Source of the DNA: a virus | Lineage: Duplodnaviria > Caudoviricetes | Strand: one strand, 5' to 3' | Length of the DNA: 41,979 nt | Virus record (IMG/VR): IMGVR_UViG_3300023301_000028 | Location: 1 to 41,979 of that record | Shown: piece after piece, positions 33,262 to 41,485 of the stretch | How positions within the stretch are numbered: the stretch's first letter is position 1 | How the letters are laid out: the number at the start of each line of letters is the position of its first letter | Translations under genes and position numbers: made by a program | The notes under the pieces: generated by a model | Database searches by the model: none | Told to the model about the DNA's origin: nothing | Seen by the model: the letters and a program-made list of their open reading frames with translations, nothing else

Positions 33262-33930
33262 TTAGCTTACCTGCGCTCGGTATTGGCCAGAACGATAGGC
33301 GTCTTGACGTAACTTGCCGTCACCCAATTGTTTGAGCAGCGCAATCGACTGTAGATACAGCTTGTCATACATGGCAATCATGTCGCCCTCACCCTTAATG
33401 AAGCGAAGCGCTTGAATCAAAGCGCCGTTCAATAGAGCGGAATCAAAGTTATCGCCTAGCCACGAAGTCCCAGTAACAACAATTGATTCAGGGTAGTAGA
33501 AATAATGGAGCTCAACGCCATACGCTGCATTAGGCGTGGGCCCAACAATTAGGCTTAGCTCATTAGTCGTAACAGGAGGAGCACCGTTTGTAGTCGTAGG
33601 ACCAAAGATAGCGTAGTACCTAGGAAGTGCCGTAACCGTAGGGTTGGGGTAGGCTTGACGAATAAAGTTTACGTCTTTGTTCAGCAAGTACTCGTAACGT
33701 CCCGTACCATCAATAACAGCCAGTGAAAACACCGACAAGAAATCAGCGGGGGTTGAGAGATACTTGTTATTAATCGTGAGAGTGGCTGTAGAATTCTTGC
33801 GCAACGAAGGAAGCTGAACAGTGTTGAAGATCAATTGCTCAGCCTGCTCAATAAACATATTAAGCTGGTCCGTGGTAAAGGAGTTCTCCACCACGTCCTG
33901 AATATTTGCGCAAAGTTCTGTATAGTTAAT
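33262..33930 (-). CDS. head-tail adaptor-like protein, probable ATT start
   Basis: Frame is open upstream of the track start to ATT-AAC-TAT-ACA-GAA-CTT ((M)NYTEL); TAAGGTG SD 7 nt upstream; FI.QAE...P.YYA...GPTP...Y..EL.Y...LL.GAL motifs. Confidence 0.72.
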   Translation of the reverse strand: MNYTELCANIQDVVENSFTTDQLNMFIEQAEQLIFNTVQLPSLRKNSTATLTINNKYLSTPADFLSVFSLAVIDGTGRYEYLLNKDVNFIRQAYPNPTVTALPRYYAIFGPTTTNGAPPVTTNELSLIVGPTPNAAYGVELHYFYYPESIVVTGTSWLGDNFDSALLNGALIQALRFIKGEGDMIAMYDKLYLQSIALLKQLGDGKLRQDAYRSGQYRAQVS

Positions 33931-33941
33931 TTTGTTTCACC

Positions 33942-34223
33942 TTAGGCCATAGGTCCACGAGAGGTTTTGCCACGAGTTGCTGCACCCGCACCACGCATTG
34001 TAATGCCTGAAGTCTTCGTAGGCGCAGAAAGATCACCAACACTCACTCGCATCGCGGGAGTGCTAACCAACGTCTGCTTAGAAGACAAAGTATTAGGATC
34101 TACCGCACCTGATACGGCGTCTTGTGCTGAACGAGCATCAATCTTTTTGCCTTTCATGGTGTGTGGCTCCGCATAAACAGAAGCCTGACCGACTTCTTTG
34201 CCCATAAGTTTTTTACTGTACAT
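33942..34223 (-). CDS. small basic protein
   Basis: C-terminal MRGAGAATRGKTSRGPMA; GAGG SD. Confidence 0.7.
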   Translation of the reverse strand: MYSKKLMGKEVGQASVYAEPHTMKGKKIDARSAQDAVSGAVDPNTLSSKQTLVSTPAMRVSVGDLSAPTKTSGITMRGAGAATRGKTSRGPMA

Positions 34224-34414
34224 TATGCGCCTCGGCTTGATTTGTACTTAAACGAAGAGACTTTTTGATTTGCAACTTTAGCCAAACCACGACCGAGTTC
34301 TTTCATTTGCAAATTAGTCTTGCCGCCTTTAGCAAAACCTTTGGCGCCGTGCATCTTCTTTTCGTGCGCTTTCACTTCCGTGTCAGCAATTTTCTTTACT
34401 GTTTTCTTGTCCAT
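34223..34414 (-). CDS. small basic protein
   Basis: AHEKKMH...FAKGG...GRGLAKVANQ; AAGGAG SD. Confidence 0.7.
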   Translation of the reverse strand: MDKKTVKKIADTEVKAHEKKMHGAKGFAKGGKTNLQMKELGRGLAKVANQKVSSFKYKSSRGA

Positions 34415-34424
34415 CTCTGGCTCC

Positions 34425-34736
34425 TTACGTTGTGCGTACAGTAACTCGTCCTACAAATGTCGTAATCGTCATTGCTAGAGGCTCTACAACTTGACCCCTG
34501 CTTTGAGGATAACCCGTGAAATCTGGTCTTGGATTGCGTAAAGCTTGCGGATCTTCAACTGGATACATACCTAACTGAAGCTGTGGTTGGTCTGGATTCC
34601 AGCACTCGGGACACGCTTTAATATTGGTATTTCTAGTCTTAACAATTAACTCTTTTAATTGACGTAGTTTATACCGGAATCCGCAAATATCACACTCTGC
34701 TATTGCTCGATTTCCGGATGCAAATCTATTACCCAT
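34425..34736 (-). CDS. Zn-finger-containing phage protein
   Basis: CDICGF...CPECW.PDQPQL...DPQALRNPRPD. Confidence 0.78.
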   Translation of the reverse strand: MGNRFASGNRAIAECDICGFRYKLRQLKELIVKTRNTNIKACPECWNPDQPQLQLGMYPVEDPQALRNPRPDFTGYPQSRGQVVEPLAMTITTFVGRVTVRTT

Positions 34737-35391
34737 GTTGCCACCTATTACTCTTGCGTAGATTCTCTATGGCAGGAATAACTTGTAAATTAGTCGGAAC
34801 GTGCAAGCCAGAAACGGTTTTACCTGTTAATGGAATTATATGATCTACGTGCCACGGAAAGCCAAACATTTTGGTACGCATTTCGGCCAATTCATAAGCC
34901 TGCGCTATCATCCAATGGTCGTCTTCGGTAAGCCATGCTGGTACTCTATTCTTTCGATCTTTACGATTACGTGCCTTAGCAGCACTCGTTAATCCCGGAT
35001 TCTTTTGATCCCACTTTGCCCTAGCAATTCTACGTGCTTCTGGCTTGTTAATGGAATAATCGCGATCCATCTTTGCTTTGCGTTCTTTGTTTTTCTCGCA
35101 CCAAGATTTTTTGCTAGCAGCAATACGCTCTGCATTTTGTGCGCGATATTGTTGACCAAAAGCTTTGATGCAAGCTTTGCATTTGTTGCCTTTTGCCGGA
35201 AAACTTCCTGCATCCCTAATTGTTCCGCACACATAGCAGGGAAGCGGGGTCTTTTCTTTTTTAGGCAATAAAGCTTTTTCTGCCTGTAAACGCAACCGAC
35301 GAGATTTGCTGCGCTCTAAAAATATTTCCTTATTTTTAAGGTATTGAGCGTGTGCGTAAATTTTTCTCGCGGCAAGGTTTTTTATTGGCAT
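34729..35391 (-). CDS. HNH endonuclease, free-standing
   Basis: CYVC/CKAC Zn motifs; PAWL...WHVDHIIPL.G..VSGLHVP.NLQVI...EN..KSN. Confidence 0.88.
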   Translation of the reverse strand: MPIKNLAARKIYAHAQYLKNKEIFLERSKSRRLRLQAEKALLPKKEKTPLPCYVCGTIRDAGSFPAKGNKCKACIKAFGQQYRAQNAERIAASKKSWCEKNKERKAKMDRDYSINKPEARRIARAKWDQKNPGLTSAAKARNRKDRKNRVPAWLTEDDHWMIAQAYELAEMRTKMFGFPWHVDHIIPLTGKTVSGLHVPTNLQVIPAIENLRKSNRWQHG

Positions 35392-35393
35392 AT

Positions 35394-36098
35394 TTACCTG
35401 ATATATCCAATTCTAGCTACAAGACGCAGAGGGGCTTTTTCTCTATCTTCGCCCGCAGTAATATCCCAAGCCTCGTCATACTGAGCCTTAAGTATTTGCA
35501 ATCTTTCCATCCCACCCGGAACCTTCATGGCCAAGTAATACGCTAAACCTGCAATCATGCAAGGGACAAAGCGAAAGGGAACATCCATTGTATTAGAACC
35601 GTCTCCAGCGTCTTGAATCCTACGCATACGCCAATAGGCAAAAATGTAGTACGGGTCTAGTAGAGTGCCTTGATTGGGCACAGGCCACACAGTAAAACGT
35701 GGGCCGTCTACGCGACGCTCAATCCACACCTGAATAGGTCGACCTTGTGTAGGCTTGTTTGGAATTGTGGCATAGGTAGAAACACTAATACGTGAGATTG
35801 TTAAATCTGACTGCGTAGAGGGATTTCCTGCGCCCGTGCGAATGACGTGCTCTAAGAGATCAACTGTATCAGCCGGCAAGTCATACGTGGCCTGCCCTTG
35901 AATAAGAGGAATTGTGCCTTGCTCAAAAGTAAACATATTCAAGCCACGAGACACCCACTCTTGAAACATTAGATTTAACGAGATCCGAGCGGTCTTTAAG
36001 TCCCAGCCTGTGCGCATTTCGTATCCGGCGCGAGCGTAGGCCTCTTCACAAATTTCTGTTAGATCCAGATTAAACGCGTATGTGCCGGATGTGGTCAT
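35394..36098 (-). CDS. head-tail connector / tail tubular protein-like
   Basis: TSGT..F.L...EEAY.R...AR.SLN...W..RGLN...GRP.Q...WPVP...VPFRF.P...AGLAYYLA. Confidence 0.72.
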   Translation of the reverse strand: MTTSGTYAFNLDLTEICEEAYARAGYEMRTGWDLKTARISLNLMFQEWVSRGLNMFTFEQGTIPLIQGQATYDLPADTVDLLEHVIRTGAGNPSTQSDLTISRISVSTYATIPNKPTQGRPIQVWIERRVDGPRFTVWPVPNQGTLLDPYYIFAYWRMRRIQDAGDGSNTMDVPFRFVPCMIAGLAYYLAMKVPGGMERLQILKAQYDEAWDITAGEDREKAPLRLVARIGYIR

Positions 36099-36346
36099 GG
36101 TTTCTTCGCTGTTTTAGCCGATTGTTTAAAAGCATCTAAGGTAGGTGCACCTTTACTTCCGGGCTTACGCATTTTCTCACCAGAGCCGGTAGCAATGCGT
36201 TTCTTCTTGGCATTAATATTTGCATACAAGCCAACCTCACCGCCCGCAGCATACTCGGTAAAGTCAGTATTGTCGCGACGCGCCTTCTTCTTACCTTTAG
36301 GCATTTTTGCGGGAAGAATATCGCCCATACCGCGAGAACTTATCAT
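36095..36346 (-). CDS. small basic protein (two modules joined at YAAGG)
   Basis: SRGMG...YAAGG then GLYANINAK...EKMRKPGSKGAPT. Confidence 0.7.
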   Translation of the reverse strand: MISSRGMGDILPAKMPKGKKKARRDNTDFTEYAAGGEVGLYANINAKKKRIATGSGEKMRKPGSKGAPTLDAFKQSAKTAKKP

Positions 36347-36687
36347 CTCATCATTCCCTTTGTTTTGCCGCGCACAGCACAGCCATCGGCTCGGCTAGAG
36401 GCTGAACCACCTGCGGCCATCTTCTTAATCATGCCGCCTTTCTTTTTGAGATCTTGTTTCTTTGTAAACTCGTAACCAGCATCCGTGTCCGCACGCATTT
36501 TCTTGTCTTCTTCTGAAAGAAACTCAAGAGGATTTGGGCCTTTGTTTATTTCCAAGGCTGCCGGAGGTATTTTGGCAATGTTCTGCTGAATTGTTTTAGC
36601 CCGATCTTCAGCTAACAACTCTTCTGTAGTTTTGCCTTTATTAAGCCGAAATGCTGCTAATTCAGCCGAGGTCATTTTCTTTTCCAT
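36343..36687 (-). CDS. basic protein with shared C-terminal tag
   Basis: ...KKGGMIKKMAAGGSASSRADGCAVRGKTKGMMR. Confidence 0.75.
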   Translation of the reverse strand: MEKKMTSAELAAFRLNKGKTTEELLAEDRAKTIQQNIAKIPPAALEINKGPNPLEFLSEEDKKMRADTDAGYEFTKKQDLKKKGGMIKKMAAGGSASSRADGCAVRGKTKGMMR

Positions 36688-37344
36688 TTAGCACATCCGT
36701 CCTTTTGTTTTACCACGGGAAGCAATACCATCACCGCGCTTAGAGGCCGAAGAAACACTTCCACCGGAAGCCATTTTCTTCACTGCTCCACCCTTTTTGG
36801 CGCCGGGAATATCTTCTGATGTGCCACGATATATTTGTGGGTTTGGGTTTCCACGGCCTCGTCGCGCACTATTCCTTATGATGTCCATGAGATCACCAAT
36901 TGGTCCGGGGCGATCATAACTACCACGGCTAGGAGGCGCACGTCGGGGTGCTGCACTAGCCGCAGGAGCCTCAGGAACTTCTCTGCTTGAGCGATTGACG
37001 CCGGGAGAGGCGGAAGCTGATTCTTCTGGCATCTCTACAGGCATGGCGCGGGCACGAGGAGCTGCACTAGGCGTTGCTCTTGGTCGTGGAGCTGGTGTGC
37101 GGCTTCCGCCTAAATCGACAGGAAAAGCCTGCGCATCAGGGTGTGTTGCACGATTGCGATATTGATCGACAACGCTATCGAAACCCTCACGCTCTGCATT
37201 CATGCGAGCACGCATACGGTCGTCATCGCTAATGCGCTCGTTGCGACCGCCACGCATACCTGCGTCAAACATCTCTTGCGTAAGACCTGCGTCAATGTCC
37301 GCCTGAGTCATGCCACCAGCAGCGTATCGTTTTGCTTTTTTCAT
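36688..37344 (-). CDS. Pro/Arg-rich disordered protein with shared C-terminal tag
   Basis: ...KKGGAVKKMASGGSVSSASKRGDGIASRGKTKGRMC. Confidence 0.75.
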   Translation of the reverse strand: MKKAKRYAAGGMTQADIDAGLTQEMFDAGMRGGRNERISDDDRMRARMNAEREGFDSVVDQYRNRATHPDAQAFPVDLGGSRTPAPRPRATPSAAPRARAMPVEMPEESASASPGVNRSSREVPEAPAASAAPRRAPPSRGSYDRPGPIGDLMDIIRNSARRGRGNPNPQIYRGTSEDIPGAKKGGAVKKMASGGSVSSASKRGDGIASRGKTKGRMC

Positions 37345-37628
37345 AACATCATTCCTTTGGTTTTACCACGCAATGCGCAGCCGTCAGCACGACTAGACGC
37401 GCTTGACACGCCTCCGCCCTTTGCCATTTTCTTTGGTTTCTCTGTCTCATACGGCGAGACACCGGGGGTAATCTTACCCATAGACGCTAAGTTGCGAGGA
37501 CGAGGCGAACCTAACCTCGCCCCCATTCCCGGTGTGCGCATAGTCTTAACATCCTCTGTGCCACGCAAGCGCTTAGGTAGAAATACTGTATCAGTATCGG
37601 TATCTGGGGAATTAGGAGCTTCGATCAT
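37341..37628 (-). CDS. basic protein with shared C-terminal tag
   Basis: ...KKMAKGGGVSSASSRADGCALRGKTKGMML. Confidence 0.75.
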   Translation of the reverse strand: MIEAPNSPDTDTDTVFLPKRLRGTEDVKTMRTPGMGARLGSPRPRNLASMGKITPGVSPYETEKPKKMAKGGGVSSASSRADGCALRGKTKGMML

Positions 37629-37637
37629 GTCAGTTCC

Positions 37638-38003
37638 TTAGCAGGCTTTGCCGCCCTTTGCCATCTTAACCATTGCGCCAACGGTCTTGCCTTTCTTTTC
37701 AATTCCGCCGCCACGAGCCATTTTAACCATAGCACCAACAGTCTTGCCTTTTTTCTCGATGCCACCGCCACGAGCCATCTTAGCTTCGGCCATCTCGTGC
37801 TTCATCATGGATGTAGGAGCGCCTTTCTTTTTCATGAAGCCTACTTCTTTCTTCATCATTGCTTTTGATTCTTTCATTTCGCCACCCTCAGATTTTGTGA
37901 ATTCTTTACCGACGTTTGTAGGAACACCGACTTTCTTAGCAAACTTTGGATTATTTGCCACGGCTTGCATGAACTTCTTTTGTTTTGCGCTAGTGGCTGG
38001 CAT
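37638..38003 (-). CDS. Lys/Met/Gly-rich basic protein
   Basis: MPATSAKQKKFM.AVANNPKFAKKVGVP; duplicated MARGGGIEKKGKTVGAMVK. Confidence 0.75.
   Translation of the reverse strand: MPATSAKQKKFMQAVANNPKFAKKVGVPTNVGKEFTKSEGGEMKESKAMMKKEVGFMKKKGAPTSMMKHEMAEAKMARGGGIEKKGKTVGAMVKMARGGGIEKKGKTVGAMVKMAKGGKAC
37650..37778. repeat. 57-bp coding tandem repeat (2 copies plus a partial third)
   Basis: Met codons at 37778, 37721 and 37664; identical 19-aa units with synonymous differences. Confidence 0.88.
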
Positions 38004-38006
38004 CAC

Positions 38007-38249
38007 TTAACCCTTAACAACTTCTTCAAGGCGGATTTCAAGGCGGTCAAAACGCTTGTCGACGTGTTGCAAAATGCGCTCCATGTCTGCTTTAACTTCA
38101 GCGCGAGTAATGTGGTCACGGGCTACCTCCTCACGGGTTTTGTTTAAAAGAATACTGATTCTATCAAGCTCAGAGAATTTATCTTTCAAGATAAACCCCA
38201 GCAAGGCCACGATAGCGGAAAGCACCACGTTCCAAATCATCATTTCCAT
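38007..38249 (-). CDS. small membrane-anchored coiled-coil protein
   Basis: N-terminal TM (WNVVLSAIVALLGFIL), then ILLNKTREEVARD coiled coil. Confidence 0.75.
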   Translation of the reverse strand: MEMMIWNVVLSAIVALLGFILKDKFSELDRISILLNKTREEVARDHITRAEVKADMERILQHVDKRFDRLEIRLEEVVKG

Positions 38250-38275
38250 TTAACACTTCCATTTAACACTTCCAT
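38244..38275. repeat. 13-bp tandem repeat (about 2.5 copies)
   Basis: TTCCATTTAACAC x2 + TTCCAT. Confidence 0.9.
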
Positions 38276-38307
38276 CTTTTGAGACTCGCGGCTTTGCGGG
38301 TAGGCTT
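38263..38307 (-). pseudogene. orphaned 3' end of an allele of the 38791-39054 gene
   Basis: Reads KPTRKAASLKRWKC*, ending like NAARKRWKC* of the upstream gene; lies directly after the HNH stop. Confidence 0.65.
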
Positions 38308-38308
38308 T

Positions 38309-38803
38309 TTATACATGATAGCGCCCTATAATTTCTCCTGACTCACGCATAGCTGATAACTTTGCTTTCGATAAAATTTGCATTGCACTATTGCGTGTTT
38401 TATCTACTATACACGGGTGTAGGCGACCATGTGCTACGGCTGATAAAACACGCAAATTTGTGTAGTGGTTGTTCTGGTGATCACCGTCAATATGGTCTAC
38501 CTGAGCGCCTTCATACAACTCCCCAACAAAAGCCTGAGCTACAAGACGATGAACTAAGAAACTTTTACCAGGCACCGTGCGTACAGAACCGTCTCTTAAT
38601 TTAATTTCTATGTATGGCAAAGTACGACCCCATGCGCTACGCTTTTTAGGTTGGAGGCGCATTATTTTTTCTGGTATAGGAACCATGCACCCAGATTTTC
38701 CACGGCGATACCTTTGCACGGATTTAACTCGCCCATGGTCACTGACTTCATACATTCCTGCGTACCCATGTACGGGCACCCAACGTTCAGTTAGCATTTC
38801 CAT
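38309..38803 (-). CDS. NUMOD4-HNH homing endonuclease
   Basis: ERW.PV.GY.G.YEVSD.GRVKS (NUMOD4); VHRLVAQAF...QVDHIDGD..NN...NLR. Confidence 0.9.
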   Translation of the reverse strand: MEMLTERWVPVHGYAGMYEVSDHGRVKSVQRYRRGKSGCMVPIPEKIMRLQPKKRSAWGRTLPYIEIKLRDGSVRTVPGKSFLVHRLVAQAFVGELYEGAQVDHIDGDHQNNHYTNLRVLSAVAHGRLHPCIVDKTRNSAMQILSKAKLSAMRESGEIIGRYHV

Positions 38804-39054
38804 CTTTTCCTCGCGGCATTCAATCTACTATTTGGGTCTTTAGCGGCTTCTGGAAACATCTTGGCTTGCCCAGCGCTTCTTGCACAAAATGATTTCTTAC
38901 GTGGCCCACCTGCGGGCTGCGGAGCCTTTAGATTTGACCCATTTTTTGCATTATACGCCGTACGTCCAGCAGCAGTCATACCTGCACCATCCTTGGTGCT
39001 CAGGTAGTTCTTGCCTTTTCCAGTAGTCGTTTTGGGTATGGGTGTTTTAGTCAT
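38791..39054 (-). CDS. small basic phage protein (DUF6321-like)
   Basis: GAGMT.AGR..YN...GSNLKAP...RKKSFCAR...DPNSR...RWKC. Confidence 0.75.
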   Translation of the reverse strand: MTKTPIPKTTTGKGKNYLSTKDGAGMTAAGRTAYNAKNGSNLKAPQPAGGPRKKSFCARSAGQAKMFPEAAKDPNSRLNAARKRWKC

Positions 39055-40484
39055 TATGTTGAAATTAGTGAAACGCTAAAATCTGGGGCTGTGGCCGTTG
39101 GGGTCACATCATTATTTGCCGCGCCCAGAGTCATTGTTGCGCCGATGCCGTTACTAAATGCAAAGCCCTCAAGAGGTAGCGGATAAACCAAAGTGCCGCC
39201 TGCTGGCAAGCTACAAACAATTATTGGAGTACCCGCCCCCGCAACTGGTACTGATGCTGTGTTGTAAAGCTTGAAATGCCTTGCAGTTGCTGCGTAGTTT
39301 GTAAAAACAACCGTCCGCAAAATAGCTGGCACGTTGCGGATGGAGACCGAGTTAACGTTCACTGCGCCCGCCGCCCCTAGTATGAATAACGGTATTAACG
39401 GAACCGCGCTGGGGCCGATGGCTATTGAGCTGGTGGATGATGATATTGGTGAGGCCGCTGGAAAGTTGCCAACGTTAATCGTCTGCCCAGCCGCTACACC
39501 TACAGAACCGATGACGTTACCGCCAGCAGGGATAGAGGCGTTCAGGAATACAGTGCCAGTGCCGTAGCTGTTGCGGATGTAAATCGTAGCATTTGTGCCT
39601 GTACCACCAACAGCGCGGACACGGAAGTATTTAGTGCCTGCGGTATTACCTCGATACACCCCACCGACTGTAGTATTACCAGCGAGAATCGTGTTCACAA
39701 CTCCAGTTTGCCTGCCAATGATGTTAGTCCAGCCACCATCAACACCGTTGGTCGAGCTTACGGACGCTTCAAAATAAAACGTCGCACCACCCAATGTGCC
39801 GGAAATTTCTACAATCCACGCGGAATCTTCTGTAGTGCCTTCTAAAACCACGGTCGAGTTAGCACTAGGAGCGCCCGACACAAGCACGCCATCACCCGCA
39901 GGTGCGGCAGCATTGGTATCTGAGACGGTTATCGTGCCCGTGATAAACGATGGCGCTTGGGCAACATTAACTGTACCGATAACTTTTGTTGTCTCTTCTG
40001 TCAGTGCCACTGTACCCGTTGCGGAAATCTGCCCTGTATCGTTCGATTCCTTGAACCCGAACGCGAAGCCCTCCACGGTGCCGGACGTGTAAGCCGTCAC
40101 CCGCACGCGCAAGAACTTGTACAGGACTGGAATCTTGATAACGCCGTTCGCCGTGGCTGTCAGGGTGTAAGGGTCTAGAACAACCCCTGTTTTCTGCACG
40201 ACGATTGGAACGAACGTGCCGTTATCATTAGAGCCTTGGAATTGTACAGAGCCTGCCCAAGTGCCAGTGAGTTGCACCGAAATAAACTTGTAGATGGAAG
40301 CGTCAAATGAGGCGATCAGGTCATTGCTGACCACCGTTACGTCTGATACCGAAATGCTGATCGGCAGGGATGGGACTACCTCAACCCCTGCGCTGTCGTA
40401 GAGCGTAACGCGTGCGGCCTTGCTTACCGCATCAATGCGTAGTTGGTCTGTCCCGCCGTTCCCGTCTTTTATTTCGACTGACAT
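39054..40484 (-). CDS. putative head fibre / decoration protein with repeated beta-sandwich domains
   Basis: Two similar domains (GTW.GSVQFQGS.D...FLRVR and GTLGGATFYFEAS...YFRVR); C-terminal KLYN.A..P..G...FSNGI domain. Confidence 0.55.
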   Translation of the reverse strand: MSVEIKDGNGGTDQLRIDAVSKAARVTLYDSAGVEVVPSLPISISVSDVTVVSNDLIASFDASIYKFISVQLTGTWAGSVQFQGSNDNGTFVPIVVQKTGVVLDPYTLTATANGVIKIPVLYKFLRVRVTAYTSGTVEGFAFGFKESNDTGQISATGTVALTEETTKVIGTVNVAQAPSFITGTITVSDTNAAAPAGDGVLVSGAPSANSTVVLEGTTEDSAWIVEISGTLGGATFYFEASVSSTNGVDGGWTNIIGRQTGVVNTILAGNTTVGGVYRGNTAGTKYFRVRAVGGTGTNATIYIRNSYGTGTVFLNASIPAGGNVIGSVGVAAGQTINVGNFPAASPISSSTSSIAIGPSAVPLIPLFILGAAGAVNVNSVSIRNVPAILRTVVFTNYAATARHFKLYNTASVPVAGAGTPIIVCSLPAGGTLVYPLPLEGFAFSNGIGATMTLGAANNDVTPTATAPDFSVSLIST

Positions 40485-40493
40485 TTTTCGCCC

Positions 40494-40928
40494 TTATTGG
40501 CTAACGATCCATTGAACGCCATACGTGCCGTTGCCATTACCGTCCGGCATTTCGCCGTAGATTGAAAACCCATCACCCGGAACAAGCGAATAAACGGCCA
40601 GCCGGATCGGGTCAATCAGCATGTCATCTACCGAGTGCGCGGCAGTTGCAAGGATTCGCATAGCAATGCTGATCTTTGAAGCTGGAGTGACTTGCGTAAC
40701 GCCTGTCACCGTTACAGTGGCAGTTTTACTACCCGCGCCAAAATCTAACGTAGCCACTCCCGATGCGCCCGCCCCACTAGATGCTGATACCCATCCTTCT
40801 GTAGACAAAATATACCCTAATTCTGCACTCAGCGGCTGTGGTACTTCACCCTGAATCCCGTCTTTTAAAGGCGTACTAGGGGCAAATGCGCCAAATTCGA
40901 CTATGCCTGCGCGGGGGGCGACTGACAT
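40494..40928 (-). CDS. putative structural protein
   Basis: G.QGEVPQP...LSTEGW; GVATLDFG; beta-rich; coupled to neighbours. Confidence 0.62.
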   Translation of the reverse strand: MSVAPRAGIVEFGAFAPSTPLKDGIQGEVPQPLSAELGYILSTEGWVSASSGAGASGVATLDFGAGSKTATVTVTGVTQVTPASKISIAMRILATAAHSVDDMLIDPIRLAVYSLVPGDGFSIYGEMPDGNGNGTYGVQWIVSQ

Positions 40929-41485
40929 TATAGACTCGCAATAAAGGCTTGGTGTTTAGCTAAGAAAGCAGATTTTTCTGCGGCGACCTCAATTTTTGCT
41001 TGCGCTACTTTAGCCAACTGAATATCTAACCCCTCTAATTTCTGTTTTGCAGCTTCTATTGCGGTCTTAGCTTTCGCTGTTGCGTCAATGAGTGCTTTAT
41101 TATTTTCTTTTGCTGTTAAGTTAAGTGCTGTTGTTTCGTCAGCTAACAAAGCGGCGCTGGCAATAGTTTGGTCTGCAACAATCTGTGCTCTAGCGTTAAT
41201 ATCAACAGCTTTGGACTTTGCATCGGCAACAAGTTTTGCAGCAGAAATTTTGGCATCAGATACTTCTTGATCCGCGTTCTGCTTATCCACCGCAATTTGT
41301 TTTTGGATGGTTAGGATTTCAGCCGCAGGGCCAACCAGCTCAACAAATTTTTTATACTCATTAGTTGCGTCTTGAATTGCTGTTAGCTTACTTTTATATT
41401 CTGCTGGGTTTGCAGTGACCACGGCAAGCAAATCCATAAGCTGAGAGCCATTACCGTTAGAGCCGTCAATATTAGAAGCAATCAC
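40928..41485 (-). CDS. Ala/Lys-rich coiled-coil protein
   Basis: GTGA overlap with GGAGG SD; long heptad repeats. Confidence 0.7.
   Translation of the reverse strand: MIASNIDGSNGNGSQLMDLLAVVTANPAEYKSKLTAIQDATNEYKKFVELVGPAAEILTIQKQIAVDKQNADQEVSDAKISAAKLVADAKSKAVDINARAQIVADQTIASAALLADETTALNLTAKENNKALIDATAKAKTAIEAAKQKLEGLDIQLAKVAQAKIEVAAEKSAFLAKHQAFIASL

Noticed and set aside
36343-37628. Mimicry of the ribosomal protein L27 N-terminus (KKAGGS) by the KKMAxGGS tag
   Set aside because: The similarity is limited to a few Lys/Gly residues in low-complexity sequence and the tag is C-terminal, so it is not supportable.
38309-38803. Group I intron housing the HNH gene
   Set aside because: There is no non-coding flanking sequence to form a catalytic core; the upstream gene already has a complete end overlapping the HNH start.
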